The notes beneath the pieces are model-generated. The model searched no databases. It was given only the letters and a program-made list of their open reading frames with translations, and was not told where the DNA came from. From Lama glama (lineage: Eukaryota): a stretch of 64,000 bases of DNA. A program made the translations under genes and the position numbers. The stretch lies in the NCBI GenBank assembly GCA_028534125.1, contig CM052818.1:37884001-37948000 (forward strand). Reading direction: 5' to 3'. Below, one piece after another: positions 12,001-25,939 of the stretch. Every line of letters starts with the position of its first letter. The stretch's first letter is position 1.

Positions 12001-14912
12001 GTGCTACGTCCTCCTACGGGGTAGGAGGGTAGATGTTACTATCTTTTTCTATGTTTGGTGTCACTGGGTGCCCTGTGCCGGCCTGTGTTGAAACAGCTGC
12101 TTCCTTGTGTAACACTTTTGTTGCAGGCTGTGGTGGAGAAGCCAGAAATAGATTCATCACCATTTCTGTTTGATCCCCATTGTTCCCAACGTCCTACCTG
12201 CTTTACTCCAGGAAGTGCAGGAAGTCAAAACTCAGATTCTCCAAAGCGACGATGTGCCTTCTGGTTGTTATTCACAACCCTAACTTCAGCCCCGGGCCCT
12301 GAGGGCGCTGCCAAGGTAATGATGAAGGTCTGCACCTCTGCTCTGCCATCATTTTCTTTTCAGTCTCATATCTCCCTGAAAACACTGAGTTGATGATGAA
12401 AACAGACTACAAATGGCCCTTTACATAAGAAAAACCTTTCACTGCCCAGTCAAAGGGAGGCAAATGGTTTTCCCCTATTCCTGGTGGCTGGGGGTCCGCA
12501 GAAGGGTTGCCTAACTTGGAAGAATTACAGTGGTTATTGACATGGTGCTTAAACCTAATGATGCCAGGTAGCCCAGGGACTCCTGGCCATGCTGGGTGAC
12601 ACGCAGGCAGGTCAGAATTCGGCATTCGTCTTCGTTGCCGCCTCTAGACATCCACATGCACTGCTGATTTCTGGACGTGAGTAGGACGACATGCCTTGGC
12701 TGTGCTCAGAAGGGAATCAGAGCAAAGCCCTTTGCTCTCCAAACTGTATCACGTTACAGAGCGGCTCTTTCAGTGGCCACACCCAGCTCCCTCCTTCTGC
12801 AGACACACAGCCAGCTGGAGGGGTCTGAATGAGTTCTGGCACGAGGTCATACCCTGGAAAAGCAGTGATGTTATGATCTGGACTCTATCATTGTTGAATA
12901 ATATTCATGTTCACTACTGGAAAGCACATGAGCCCGGAGCAGGGCACACATCAAACCTCGCTTTGGACTTCTTCATGGACGAACCGCTTTCTCTGTGACT
13001 CTCCAGTGTGCATTCTCTGCAATTAGAGATGCTTCAGGCGAGGTTCCTTTCCCACTTTCACAAGGGAATTTAGGGTGCCCTGCAGACTGCACATGCCCTT
13101 TCCCCTCTTTCTTTTTAAACTCCTAAATGGAAGTTGTCCATCTTCAGACCTATTTGCCACCCGGGGCTCCACCAGGGTGAAAAGAGAGAGAGATCAGCTC
13201 AGAGTTCTCCCCCAGTAACCTGGGGCAGGCTGCAGAGGTCAAAGGATGGACAGAAAGCCACCCTGTGCCCAGAGTCCATCCTTTTTCCACTGGCCCCTTC
13301 TCTTCTGACTGCAATTTTCACCTCACCCAGGTGTGAAAACCTTTCCTGGGGAGAGGACGCCACAAGCCTCTCTGTCAGCAGTGGGCTGAAGTCACCGTCC
13401 ACCTTGTTACCGCGGAAGTAGGTCTGTGGCTTGGCCTCTGATTTTGCTCAGACACTTGAACTATTCATACTCTATTAGACACACATGAAGGAAGGAAATT
13501 GGACTTTCTCAAGCTGCAGATGTATCAGCAGGGATGTATGGCTGAAAATTAATTCCCTGACACAGACTGATGAAGCCAGCAGTTTCCGGAAATTCTGAGA
13601 TTTTTGAAAATATTTTTTATAACACACGATCTCAATGTTACAGACGTTCCGTGGTCCCAAGTGCTATTGGTATTTTGACAGTGTGACCTGGAATCCTCCA
13701 TTTTCATAAACAGCGTTCTTGTCAATTAGTCAAAATGTCAAGAAATTAGTCAGTGTGTCTGGTAATGAAAACAATGAAATCTACATATCTTGTAATGATA
13801 CAAAATGCCATTTAACTGTTAAGTGCTAGATTAATTAGCACATTAAATCTAGAGTTTAGTTACAACTAAAAAGACCCCTGGTTTTAGTGTTTTTATTTAT
13901 CTCTGAAGTTCACTTTTTCACATGTGATCTTTCTTTTTCTTTGTCCTTATGCAAGAAATAGGTTAAGCATTGCTAATCACTCAAGATTCATTCGTGATGC
14001 ATTGGGGGAGGTCCTTCTGAAGCCAAACTTGCTTATTTTAAAATCTGACCTTATATTTTTTTTCTTTTCATTTTTTCTACTTTAATTTACTACACTACAG
14101 TCTCATATAAAATCTTTGGACATGAAATTTTACATGTCACTTATTATCCATGGCTCCTTGAATAAGTCCCTTTATTTTTCTGATCCCTTGTCCTCTTACT
14201 TGAAGGAAAGGAGCAGCTGATTTATCTCATGTGGTTATTTTGATGAACACATGGCTGAAGTATGTTAGAGAACTTCAAAACCTATGCAGTAGTCTACCAA
14301 TTTGTAAGACAGTTGCTATTACTGTGTGATTATACGAACCCATATTGTACTTGGTAGCAGAAGCAATAATCAGATTGAGATGATTAAAATCTATAACAGG
14401 AACAGCATCCCGAGGATGCTCAATATATTGACTGGAAGATAAGACTGAAGGATTTAATGAGAGTTGGCAGGACTCCCTTGACTGTACATCGAAGCCAAAT
14501 AATTGGGATCTTTCTATGCTATAAACACCTGACATCAGAGAACACTTTGGAAACCAAGACCCATGCTGAAGAAAAAAGGCAGAAACAAAGACTCAACAAG
14601 ACACAAAGGTTACAGACATCCCCCAAATGCATCCAAGAACAGTTTCTGTTCCGTTCCAGCAATGGTCCCTGCCAGGGCTGAGTTCAGAGATGAAAAGCAG
14701 TAGTCTTTTTTTCATACTTGAAAATACTGAGTAATATTGGAGATATGAGGCTTGTGGTCACTTATCAGTCAAATCTCTGCATCTCCCTGGGTTTTAAACA
14801 AATCCCTTTGTAAAGTCTTGAAAGGGATTTGAGTAGATCAGCCAACCTTACTACAAGCATAGGAAGGCGCTCATTGTACCCCAGTGAATGGCTTTTCAGT
14901 ACTGAGTTTGGG

Positions 14913-14951
14913 GTATGTGTGTGTGTGTGTGTGCGTGTGCGCGTGTGTATG
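14913..14951. repeat. Alternating purine-pyrimidine (TG/CG) tract
   Basis: gtatgtgtgtgtgtgtgtgtgcgtgtgcgcgtgtgtatg seen directly. Confidence 0.9.
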
Positions 14952-15589
14952 TTTTTTTCTGGAAAACCAGAGACAGTATAGCCAGATACTAGTATTTCTG
15001 AAAGCAATTCACTCTGCAACGTCTGTTTAAGATAATGTCTGGGATAGCGATGAAACAGCCTCTAGTTTTTGGAAAGATGACAGGTGATTTACATCGGGCT
15101 TATTGGTAGGTGGGATCAGTAGAAAAAATGTGGGATGTGGGTAAGAGAAGCACCAGTCCTGACTCTAGGTTGTCCTGTGTCTCGGCTGGAAAATCACTGG
15201 GAGAACCAACAGGAAAGGGAGGTGGGTGGTCGCACTGAAATCCTAAGGAGAAGGTCATTTTTTATTTTTCAGAGAAGAAGGTACTTATCTTCAGCCAAGC
15301 AGGGACTTACTTATTCATTAGAATATGGAGACTTGCAATGCAATGGCCACTGAAGGCTTTCTGAGTCCCGGACCCCTTCAAGCTTCAAAATGCTGGCACC
15401 TTGACCTTTGAGTGCAGGTGGGAGGCTGGGGATCTGTGTCCCTGGTTGTCCTACAGGAAGGAGCCATTTAGAAGTTCTCAGAGTCCTATCATCACCTCCT
15501 GATTGTGGTTCTCTTTCTCTGTTCAGCTTGTTAATATGAAAATAGAAATGATATGTAATAATTAATACTATATTTAAGCATTAAGCTTT

Positions 15590-15634
15590 TTTATTTTTTT
15601 ATTGAAGTAAAGCCAATATGCAATGTTGTATTAA
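15590..15634 (-). mobile_element. Extremely 5'-truncated L1 insertion (45 bp) with 11-bp TSD
   Basis: 'ttttttattgaagtaaagccaatatgcaatgttgtattaa' is the reverse L1 terminus. CATTAAGCTTT at 15579-15589 and 15635-15645. Confidence 0.75.
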
Positions 15635-15894
15635 CATTAAGCTTTCTGGAAGCTACCTCTGCTTTTGTGCTAGGCGTGTTGCACCACACTTGGAGATGTA
15701 TGCTAAGCTAAAATAACAGTGTAAGAATAAATCCTGCATCTTGAGCTTGAGGAATTAATGTTATGCTGAGATGAATTGTACAACTAAAAAGGGAACGCAG
15801 GAGTATTTATTACAGATGTAGCGTACCGTAAATCACCTAAAGGTTAGCAATTCTAAGTGTCAGATATGTGTGGGGAGGCCTGACGGTGGAGACT

Positions 15895-17780
15895 TCAATT
15901 CAGTAAATATTTATTAAATATCTCTCCTGTCTCTTTCTGAACATTTAGGACACCAAGATGAGTCCATCACAGCCCTGCTATCTGATTGCTTATAAATCTT
16001 TAAAGGATTGGGCAAATAGGAAAATGAAAATAAAAGTATAGGTTAGAAGTATAGGTTATTATTTTACTGTGGGGGAATTGGAAATGAATGAAAGTTAACT
16101 CCACCATGAAAACAACCTGCATGTAGCATACCCCTGCTTTCCTAAATAAAAGAACCAAACCCACCAGTATTTCTACATGATTCCATATGGGAAGTTGGGA
16201 AAGAGACCGACGCAGTCAGCTTCATCTGGTAAAGTGACTTGGTTTTCGCTCCAATGTTCTCATGTCTTTTTGAATTCTCAATATTTGGGGGTTGAGACAT
16301 TTCGAAGTGCTTCTTTTTCTGTCCTTTAAGATTCAAAAGACCTTTTGTTCACAAAGGTTGAGAACTGGACAGAAAGAGTCTGGAAATCTCACTGCTCTAC
16401 TTCACATGCCAACAAAGTACTATTAAGCGCTCGTGCTCAGAGAGGTGAGAAATTATGCTTGGTTTGTGTTTCAGGAAAGACTTCAGAGAGCAGTTGGAAT
16501 TTGAAAAGAAATCTAAAAAGAGATTAAGATTTTTGTAGGGGAGATCGTTGCAAGGGAGGAAATTCTGCCTGCAGAGAATATGAGGGGAGGCACAAAGATA
16601 AAATCATGTGAGACGTGATAGGGACAGTGCGTGGTTGTATTTTGTGAGAGCTTAGCTCACGCTGATAAAAAAGTACAACGTAAATCCTGGAATGTGGGTG
16701 TCAACCACATTTTGGAAAACTTTAAACACTAAGATGTATGTAAAATCCAGTAGACAGTGGGAGAGTCACCGAGGCTTTGTGGGAGGGAGATAGCGATGCG
16801 GATTGAAGTTTATCTCGGCAAAATTAGTATGGCTGTCATATGGGAATTATCCAGAATAAGGCAAGCGAGCGTTAGAGAAACCAATTAACGAGCTATTAAA
16901 AGAGTCAGGGCAAAATAGAAATAAAAGTCTGAATTAATTAGATAGCAATGGGCAGGGAGAGGAGTAGGCAAATGAGACGCACATTGTCAAGGAAGAATTC
17001 TGTAGGACTTGGCTTATACAGCTTGAAGCGTGGTGAGTGGCTGTGAAGAATGCAAGGGAAATCTGAAGGGTGAGTGGTGGTGACTCCAAGACTACGCATC
17101 TGGTTGGTTAGGAACGNNNNNNNNNNNNNNNNNNNNNNNNNNNNNNNNNNNNNNNNNNNNNNNNNNNNNNNNNNNNNNNNNNNNNNNNNNNNNNNNNNNN
17201 NNNNNNNNNNNNNNNNCACCGAGGCTTTGTGGGAGGGAGATAGCGATGCGGATTGAAGTTTATCTCGGCAAAATTAGTATGGCTGTCATATGGGAATTAT
17301 CCAGAATAAGGCAAGCGAGCGTTAGAGAAACCAATTAACGAGCTATTAAAAGAGTCAGGGCAAAATAGAAATAAAAGTCTGAATTAATTAGATAGCAATG
17401 GGCAGGGAGAGGAGTGGGCAAATGAGACGCACATTGTCAAGGAAGAATTCTGCAGGACTTGGCTTATACAGCTTGAAGCGTGGTGAGTGGCTGTGAAGAA
17501 TGCAAGGGAAATCTGAAGGGTGAGTGGTGGTGACTCCAAGACTACGCATCTGGTTGGTTAGGAACATGAGTGCACCGTTACTGGAAACTAGACAATCAAG
17601 AGGAGGAGCTGGTTGTCCCAGGCAGTGGGTGCACAGCCACTTGGAAGTCTAGATGTTTTAGGAACCAGAGAGCCTTACTTGCAAAGCCATATTTTAGAAT
17701 GAGGGATTTGGTGGGAGTAAGAGGATGGACCGAGTAGGGTAAAGGCTTTGAAAAGCGCTGGTTGATCATCCTGAGAAGCT
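15895..17780 (-). mobile_element. Fragmented old L2 (discontinuous; spans gap and duplication)
   Basis: Reverse L2 tail 'ttcaattcagtaaatatttattaaa' at ~15895 and purine-rich L2-like sequence over 16450-17780. Confidence 0.5.
16767..17566. other. 100-N assembly gap (17117-17216) flanked by a 350-bp direct duplication
   Basis: 16767-17116 equals 17217-17566 except at three transitions. Confidence 0.95.
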
Positions 17781-19069
17781 TCAGAAGGACCATCACCAAG
17801 TGGCAGGACACGTGGTTAGGAAACACTGCGGCATCACGGTAAGCAATGACGATTACGGACTTTGTGTCTGGCAAGTGGTCGTGCACATTGACTTTTAAGG
17901 AGAGACGTTTTCAGGGGCCTAGAGCCTACATAATTCAAATACAGAAGTCAGTTTTCTGTCCAAAAAGAGCCGTCCTTACTAATCCTCCTGGGAGGCACAC
18001 ACGCATCCCCAGGAAAAGGAGGGGAGAACGTGATGTATTTTCGTGGCGAGCCCCCCATAGACAAAGGATAAAGACAAGAAAGACACATATTGATAAAGAA
18101 ATTTTAATAACTGGAAGGAAAGGATAACACTTTTCAGCTTACAGAACTTGAGTACAATTACCTGACATCTATTTTTTAAAAAAGAGAAGGAAATTTAATT
18201 GAATGCACAGTTAGACATCTATCAAAATGAATTTTCTTTAAAAACCTCATATAACAATATCCCATTTCTTTCTCAGCATAATGATTTCTTACCAACAAAG
18301 CCTGTCAGTGTTTCCTAGAAGCAATATTGAAGTGACTTCTTGCTGGAAATTCAGCAAATGAACTTTTTTTGCTCCCAGAATCTCTCTCCTCATTAGGCTG
18401 GTTAGAAATCCGCCCGGGGCTCCCAGGCCTTCTTCTCTCTGACGGATGCTAAGTGTGGAGGAGCTAATGGACACTTTAACTGTTAGGGGCCTTTCGATTC
18501 AATCCCTTGCAGCTTGGCAGCTCATTCCAAATCCTTTCAGAAAAGCTGCAATCATATGCACAAATATGATGGTTAAATATGGGCTGGAAGGGAAACAGTT
18601 TTTTTTTTTTTAACCCCTCATGACTAAAGGAGAAACTTGTTAAAAATAGGAAGTCGTTCCTGAAGGTTTCCAACAGGCTGGGACCCTCACCCCTGTAAGA
18701 GGTCCCTCCCACTGGACTTGTCCCCATGGCCATTTGCTCCTTACAAGGAGAAAGGGGGAAAGGAAACCTTTTCTCTACTTCTGGCTCTGCTGATACAGCC
18801 TCCTCCTAGGGGCCAAAATGTTATGTATATTTTTTCTTTAAAATATCATCTAACAGCAATTGCGAGTAGAATAAAACAGACTTAAAGTCATTTGGATTTC
18901 AAATGAAGAAAAATTGATAAGCACCCTGTGAACGTGAAACATGCTCCCATGTAGATGTGTATTATTTGAGAGAGGTACAATTAGCCCTTTTCCCAATGAC
19001 TTTACCTTTCTTTGGTTTTTCCCTGTCCCTCCTCTGTGCCTTTCTCACCCAAATATAATCACCAGTACT

Positions 19070-19192
19070 TTGGTCAGTGAGTGTTCTGCAATTATTTGTA
19101 TCCTCCCTGTTTCTCCTTCTAGCTGGAAGGTTTTGAAGCGATCATTTCTTTTCCTTCACTTCTCAGTTTTCTCCCAACATGCCTGGCACTGA
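19070..19192 (+). mobile_element. L2 3' fragment
   Basis: 'ctgtttctccttctagctggaaggttttgaag...cccaacatgcctggcac'. Confidence 0.5.
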
Positions 19193-20378
19193 GGCTCTGA
19201 TTTTACAGTTCTTGGTTGCATTCTTAATTCTACAGGTTAAATTTGGTTTGGGGAATATTGGCTTGATGTTTCAGATGGTGTAGAGCCAATAATCCACAAA
19301 TGTCTAGACATTCAAATGAGGTCAGGAAAAAAAATCTATTCTTTGAAATTTATCTAGCGATTCCAGACATCGATTTGGAGAATGTGTCTTCCACGGGCAA
19401 CCGAAAGAGAAATTTGTTCTGGTTCTAAATATGAATCAAAGTGGCAAGACCCAGACTGTCTTAGTTTTCTAAATGTAAGCTCTTTTTGAAATCTATAAAA
19501 GATGCTCCTGTGAATTTGTCTAGTGCAGAAGCATCAAGGCACAATTTATCCAGAATGACTGCCATCGCTGGGGGTTTGAATGGGAAGAGACACGGCCTCG
19601 CCAGGGCATCGGAGCTCAAACTTCAATATTGATGGCAGCGTTTCCTCCAGAATGTTACCTCAGACTTCTTCAAGCCTGTTGATTATTTTTTCTTGGAAAA
19701 AAAATGTATTTATTTTGTATGGTGACTCTAGGACTTGATGGTACAAGATTCAGCTCCTGTGTCTTCCAAGGCTGCACAAAAACCAAGGGCTTTTGAATCT
19801 GCGGCAGTCTGGGTGCCACTGCTCTGGCAACAGCGTGTCTCATTGTTAACTCTGATGGCATGACCTCACATAATGTGATACACACCAGAAGAAGTAATGT
19901 GACAAAGTGGATCAAGCAGGCAAGGCCGCACTTGAAAAATATGACATCTCATCTGAAACCAATTCTGCTCTCAGCAAAGATACTACCTCAAAGGGCACAT
20001 CACTTTTGTCCACATCCTTCAAGATTTTGGATAATACGAGGGCCAGATAAAGGCCACGTCTGTTACGGGCACAGAAGTAAGCAGTATCCAGGCAGTGACA
20101 AAAGGCAATCTTGGAGAGCTGGTTTGCCCCAGAAATCAGTCAGAGGAAGCGTAATTAGGCAGTAAGCATGAAGATGAGCTGTCTGTCTCCTGCACCCTGG
20201 GTCTCTAGGATTGGCATCTACAAGAAAGCCGTCAAGTTGTTCCTCATGTGCATCAGATAGAGTGGATGCTGTTGAGAAAACATGAATCTGCACCACTAAG
20301 GGTTCACTGCAGAGGGTTTCCCAACTCAGTCCAAGTTCATTTCCTCATTTAATTAATACAGTTCACATATATATTACA

Positions 20379-20530
20379 TGCATTAGACAGGGTCCAGCCA
20401 GAAATATAGAAACCACTCTAAGAATTTCAAACAGAAGAAAACTGAATATAGAAACATAGTTAAAAATTGTTGGGAAGGGTTATAAGGAATGGTGGTGCTA
20501 CCCAGAGACCAGAACGTAGAGGAAGTTCAA
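20379..20530. mobile_element. Ancient ERVL-type LTR fragment (LTR33-like)
   Basis: 'tgcattagacagggtccagccagaaatatagaaaccactctaagaatttcaaacaga' resembles ERVL LTR termini. Confidence 0.4.
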
Positions 20531-22739
20531 CTACCCCACTCCGCCCCCTTCTTTGCTAGAGAAAGAAAAGTGAGGAAGTGGAGTTAATCCCTCACCCCAA
20601 TCCACAGGTGCTGTTGGAGCTGGACTTTTTTTTCATCCTTTATCTGTTACTTTTGTTGTTAGAACACAACCCCAAGATCCAACTGATATGGATTCCAACA
20701 AATGTAGTTCCCAGTATTCCAACCCCTGAAATACAGAACTCAGGGAAGGAGGGGTGGTTACATACTTAATATATATTATCACCACTGGGTGCAGAGGATG
20801 CCACATTGTCTAAAGATATAACATATTTAGCTACAGTGCACGTCAAATGCTTTCACTTTAATCCTATATGCCAGTGTTTTTGCAAATAATTTTAGCACAG
20901 TAAGTCTCAAAGTTTGGAATGGATTTGCAATAGTGGGTTAGAACTGATGTTTAGCTGTTCACTGTCTCCTCAACTTACAAACAATAAATATTCCACATTC
21001 AAAGATTGACCCTAATATCCATAGAAGAGAGACATGTGTTTATATGTTACTGCAAATCCTGTAGAGTACCACATTTCTCTTTTTAGATCAGCATAAAGTA
21101 GAAAAAAATTATGAAAAAGAATTTACACTTGAGTCTCAAAAAGAATTTTCTACAGCAAGGATTTTTGTTTTTTTTTTTTAACATGGCACAGAAATGTCTC
21201 ATTATGTTGTTATCACTGGGAAAATGAGGTGTTCCATTTAGCTGTTTTTTTCACATAAGCAAAGACTACCTTTTAATTTATTTTTAATCATTGTAATATT
21301 TTAAGAGTAACATTTATTGTTTCCCTGCATGCAAAATTAATATCTGATGGAGGAGTTGGAACAAGATTGCAAACTGAGGTCATTTTTCTACTTTCCTTCC
21401 CACCGAAAGTTAACTGAAATGGCAGAAAAGCTATTAAGAAAGAATAACTTTATATAAACACTAGAAAATAAGAAAGGATTCAAAGCATACACTTTTAGGA
21501 AATCCTGGAAGAGAAAAAGGAGTTGGGATAAAATTTCAGAGGAATCAAAACAGAAAAATGCCTCATACCAATAATAAAAAGTCTCCTTTAATATAAATTT
21601 GAGAAAATCCAAGTTCTATGGCCACAAATACAAAAACCATTAGAGGCCCATAGGAAAATAAAATTACTGAATTTGGATTAGCTGAGCAAGCTGGATGCTT
21701 TCAGCTTCCCCACTTACATAATGTTTCTTTTTTCCCCTTATACTGTGTATATGTTTTAATTTTGGTGAAGCCAACATTGATGCTGATTTTTCTGCTGCTT
21801 AATGTAAATATTTTTAAGCTGGATTATCCTATATAATTATCCTGTATGTTGTCAAATATATTTTTATGTACTTCTATTTTTATTCAGTCATTCAAGTGAA
21901 AGAGATCAATCTGGGTTAATGTTTGGCAGGACATGGTTGAGTCGGGGCATGCATTTGACTGGGTCTTTTAACTTACCCAGCTTCTAAGATCACTGGCTGG
22001 AGGGTGAGTGGACAGGCACATCGCTTACCAAACGTAACCCTGATGGAAAGTGTTCTCACTATATGCTTTTGCTAGTAAGCTCCTTTTTGTTTTTGTTTTT
22101 AATATGCAGAAGGGAAGCTAAGGAGTATGTATTTAGTTCCTTGCCAGAATTAACCTGTCCAAATCTGAAACTGCCAAAATGCATCACTTCTACAACTCAC
22201 TAAAGGGCCACTCCTTAATTTCAGCCATCAGCCGTGATTTTTACTTGGAATTGTGGTCCCAGAATAAATTTTTAAGTTGATGTCTACATTAGAGGATGGA
22301 AGAGCAGGGGCAGAATCCATGGAGTGAAATCATCCTGGATACTTCAGAAACTATTTTCCCATGTCGTAAGGGTGGGAATATGGAGTCTGATTACCAGCCT
22401 ACTAGTTTGCAAAAGATTTCATCCTTGGTCCTGATAGGTGCTTTGCCAGTGATCTCCTAAATTTCAGGACAGTTGACATCCAGCATCCCTTGTGTGTTTT
22501 CACACTTATTTTAATCAAATAGTGCTATTTAGCCACCTTCTTCATTTCAAAGTCCAAGGGAGGATTGGCTTCATTCTGAAGAGATAGAACATTTTCCCTC
22601 CTTGGAGCAGTGTCACAATTTCAAGTAATTTGTCGATGATCAAACAGCATGTAAAGTGGTGTATCCAGGATTTAATTCAAGCCTGTATGTTACTCAAGGC
22701 CATCCTCTTTATGTCTTCTCTTTTTAAATTTATTTTCAT

Positions 22740-23420
22740 CATAGCATAAATCATCAAGAAGGTGTGATTTAAACTAGGGCTTAAGAGCTAGAAAGAGTTT
22801 TAACACCCAGAATGACAGAAGTAGGAATAGCAAAGGGTGAGAAAAGTTGGAGAACAATTCAGAGGCAAGAAATCACATAACATTTGGGAAGATGCCCACT
22901 TTCCCTGGAGTGTAGGATGTACACAGAGCATCAGTGGCAAATAAGGCAATGATGCTGCAGGGTTTGCACCCCAAGCTATTATACCCCAGACTGAGGAAAT
23001 TACACCTGCTTCTGTAAGAGTCGAGGGTTTATTAAAGTTGACTTATTTTTGTAATCTAGCAATATATGCTGTGTAGCTGGGAGCTCAAGAGGGTATAAAA
23101 GGGATAACGCAAGTTAAGGCATTTGGTGATTGCAGGTGAGTCGTATGTGGAGTAAAATTAAGCTTGATTCAAGGGAATTTTGAAGAAGTAGTTACATACA
23201 ACATGGAGACTTATAATGGGTGACTGAAATAATGTTCACATTAACCGAAGCAAGAAGTAGGCAGATTTTTACTTTCAGAGTGAAATAAAAAGTTTACCTT
23301 TAGATATGCTTAAATGTGGAGATTTTAGGGTACCTGGGAGATGATGGCCAATAGACAGTGTAGGTTTAGATCCATCAGCTAGGGTGGCTGAAGACTGGAT
23401 TTTAGAGTATTCTAAATAGA
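22740..23420 (-). mobile_element. Old L2 fragment
   Basis: Purine-rich reverse L2-like sequence ('aaggtgtgatttaaactagggcttaagag', 'tttagatatgcttaaatgtggaga'). Confidence 0.45.
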
Positions 23421-24061
23421 CATGACAAACAGCATCCAGTATGTAGTAATTGCTCAAATATTAATTAAGCTGAATTGACTTGCAATGAGCTGAATTGAAC
23501 TGAACAGGGTTCTCAGCACAACAGAGAAAAAGTAGTCAAACAATTCGAAGGAAACCAAGGTAGTGAAGTTGCACTGTTACAGAAGTACGGGAGGAGAAAG
23601 AGGGTACCCCAGAGGGCATGGCAGGGCAAGGGCTGGAAGGAAGACGCTGGAAATGAGAACACGGGGCGGTCCGTATTATAGAAAGAGTTCACGGAATTCC
23701 GGAATATGTGGGGGTTTTGGCATTTAAAAAACCCATGTTTATTGAAGGTCTACCGTAGTAAATACAGCAATTATAATAGTGAGAAGCCGACGCGTGGAGG
23801 TAGGTGTCGCAGCTTACGAGGCAGGCAGCGCTCTCTGCCAGGTGCTGAGGTAGCACTGAAGTGAACCCTACATCCTACCCATCCTTGAGGGGCTTGTGCT
23901 GTTCTGAGGGACCTCAAACAAGTGGAGGAGTAGAAAGGGGGACGAGCCCTGAGAGAAAACAACAGTTTTGCCTTCTCCCCAAAGACGTTCACATTTTGGT
24001 GACATTTGGTGCTTCCTCATTCGTTGCTGAAGAATTAGTGAGAGTATAAAATACACCCTTC

Positions 24062-24255
24062 CTTTGCTAGGCTGTAAACTCGGTAAGTCAGAGACTGTGT
24101 CAGCTTTTTTCGTGATGCTTCTTCGGCACCTAGAACAGAAACCTGGCACGGGAGTTCCTCAATAAAATATTTTTAAAAAAGAAGAAGAAGAAGAAGAATT
24201 AACGGATGGAGAGATGGGTGAATAGGTGACTAGATGGATGGATAGATGAATGGAT
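24062..24255 (+). mobile_element. L2 3' end with (GAA)n/(TGGA)n tail
   Basis: 'ctaggctgtaaactc...gcacctagaacagaaacctggcac...ctcaataaaatattt' followed by simple repeats. Confidence 0.75.
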
Positions 24256-25677
24256 TCCTGACCACTCTCCATATGTAAATAGACTACTTTCCATCACCTT
24301 CCTTTTTTCAACTGTATTTACTCATCTACGTATTTCTACCTTTATTCCAGTCCTTCCTCGAACAACAACAAAACAGGTAATGAATTACTCAGCAGCATTT
24401 CTGTTTGAAATTGGGCATATTGTATCTCTCAGCCTTCTGTCCTTGATCTGTTCTTTCAACAGCACAGCAGCAACCAAGGTACCTTAAAAAATGCAATGAA
24501 AGATACTGTTAGATTTTTTAGAAAGATAGAAAAATGCAATTTTCTCCACTTTCTCAACATGGTACAGCTTTTGAAAATATTAGACTTTTGACCAACTTCT
24601 GAATTCAGAGCTAAAGAGTTGCCTTTCAATTACTTCCCACATGAACATAATGTGATTTGATATTGTCACCTGGTTCAAATAAATGGGAAGTTATTTGCAG
24701 TTAGTCTGAGAGGTTCTGAAGGACTCTTTTTGAAGAGTTTATCAGATTTTGCTGGACTCTGAAGTCCTTGGGATCTCTGCAACCCCCCAAGTACATCAAA
24801 TTGTTTGGGGGGAAATGAGAAAACTTGTTCTGATTAAACTAAGACTATTCTGTGACTTTCTAAACCTCCAGACGACTTTGGAACGAATGCACACTGAGCG
24901 TGTCTCTCTCTCTGAAGTGTTCGCCCACCTGAATTTTGACATGACAGTGAAAGCACAGTTCTGCAATACATGAAGAAATCTATGGATTCTGTAGACACAA
25001 GAAATGTGTGCCATACATCTCAGGAAGGCATCTGATTTCAAAAATTTCCCAGTCGGTTCCCACTATTGTGTGAGGCTGGGCTCTTCATCTCCGTCGAAAT
25101 CAGTCTGGGAGTGTTCTGAGATGCAGTCACGAGACACGAACACTCCTGCAGACTGGACCACAGAGGCCACAGGTGCTGGTGTGCCTTGACTTTACACTGT
25201 AAATTATATGGCTAGGTGTGTATATCCAGTATTTGCTTTGGGTACTAACGGGCTTCATGAAGGAAAGGACACAGAGCTCACCCTTGGGGAGCTTTTTCAA
25301 GGGAAATTTAGGGAAGCATATGTTATGGGCCAGAAATGTTGCCATAAGCTTGACATGTCAGAATTCCTTTTTCTGATAATTTCCATGGGCTGGAGAGGGG
25401 ACTGGAGCAGAGACCCAAGATGGATAAGAAGGCAGTGGAGGAAACATGCCTAGTCTAGCAAGAGTGCCCAGGAGAAGCACCGCAGCGGAGGCAGAGGCAC
25501 CCAGATGTGTCCAAACACAAAGAATTTTCTGTTTACTTTTTACAGTAGGGATGGTTTCCTGCTAAGTGGAAATGCTTAAATGTGATCTCTACACACTTAG
25601 AAGCCATTCTGTGTCCTGGACATAAAAGAGCATTATGATAAAATTAATGTTTTAAGTTAAATCTACAACACTTACTG

Positions 25678-25885
25678 ATAAGAGCTAACGTTTTTTTTAG
25701 CACTTGGTTTAGGTCAGGCACCGTTCCTTTCTGTTTATGAACTAATGCAAACTCAGAACAGTTTGATGAGACCGCTGCAATCGCCTCTGAGAATGAGAAC
25801 ATTTAAACAACTTCCCCAAGAATACACGGCTGAGAAGAGGCAGAGCAGGGAAACGAATCTGGACACTTGGACTCCAGATTCTGCT
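25678..25885 (-). mobile_element. MIR SINE
   Basis: 'agctaacgttttt...aggcaccg...aacaacttccccaag...ggcagagcagggaaacgaatc...gactccaga'. Confidence 0.7.
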
Positions 25886-25939
25886 GAGTTGCTCTACTGT
25901 GGTTTCCGTCTGCTTAGTATCTGCCTGATGCTTTTAGGA

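Noticed and set aside
14399..14681. Open frame EQHPEDAQYIDWKIRLKD...PCQG* as a terminal exon
   Set aside because: Weak acceptor (no pyrimidine tract) and unrecognised peptide.
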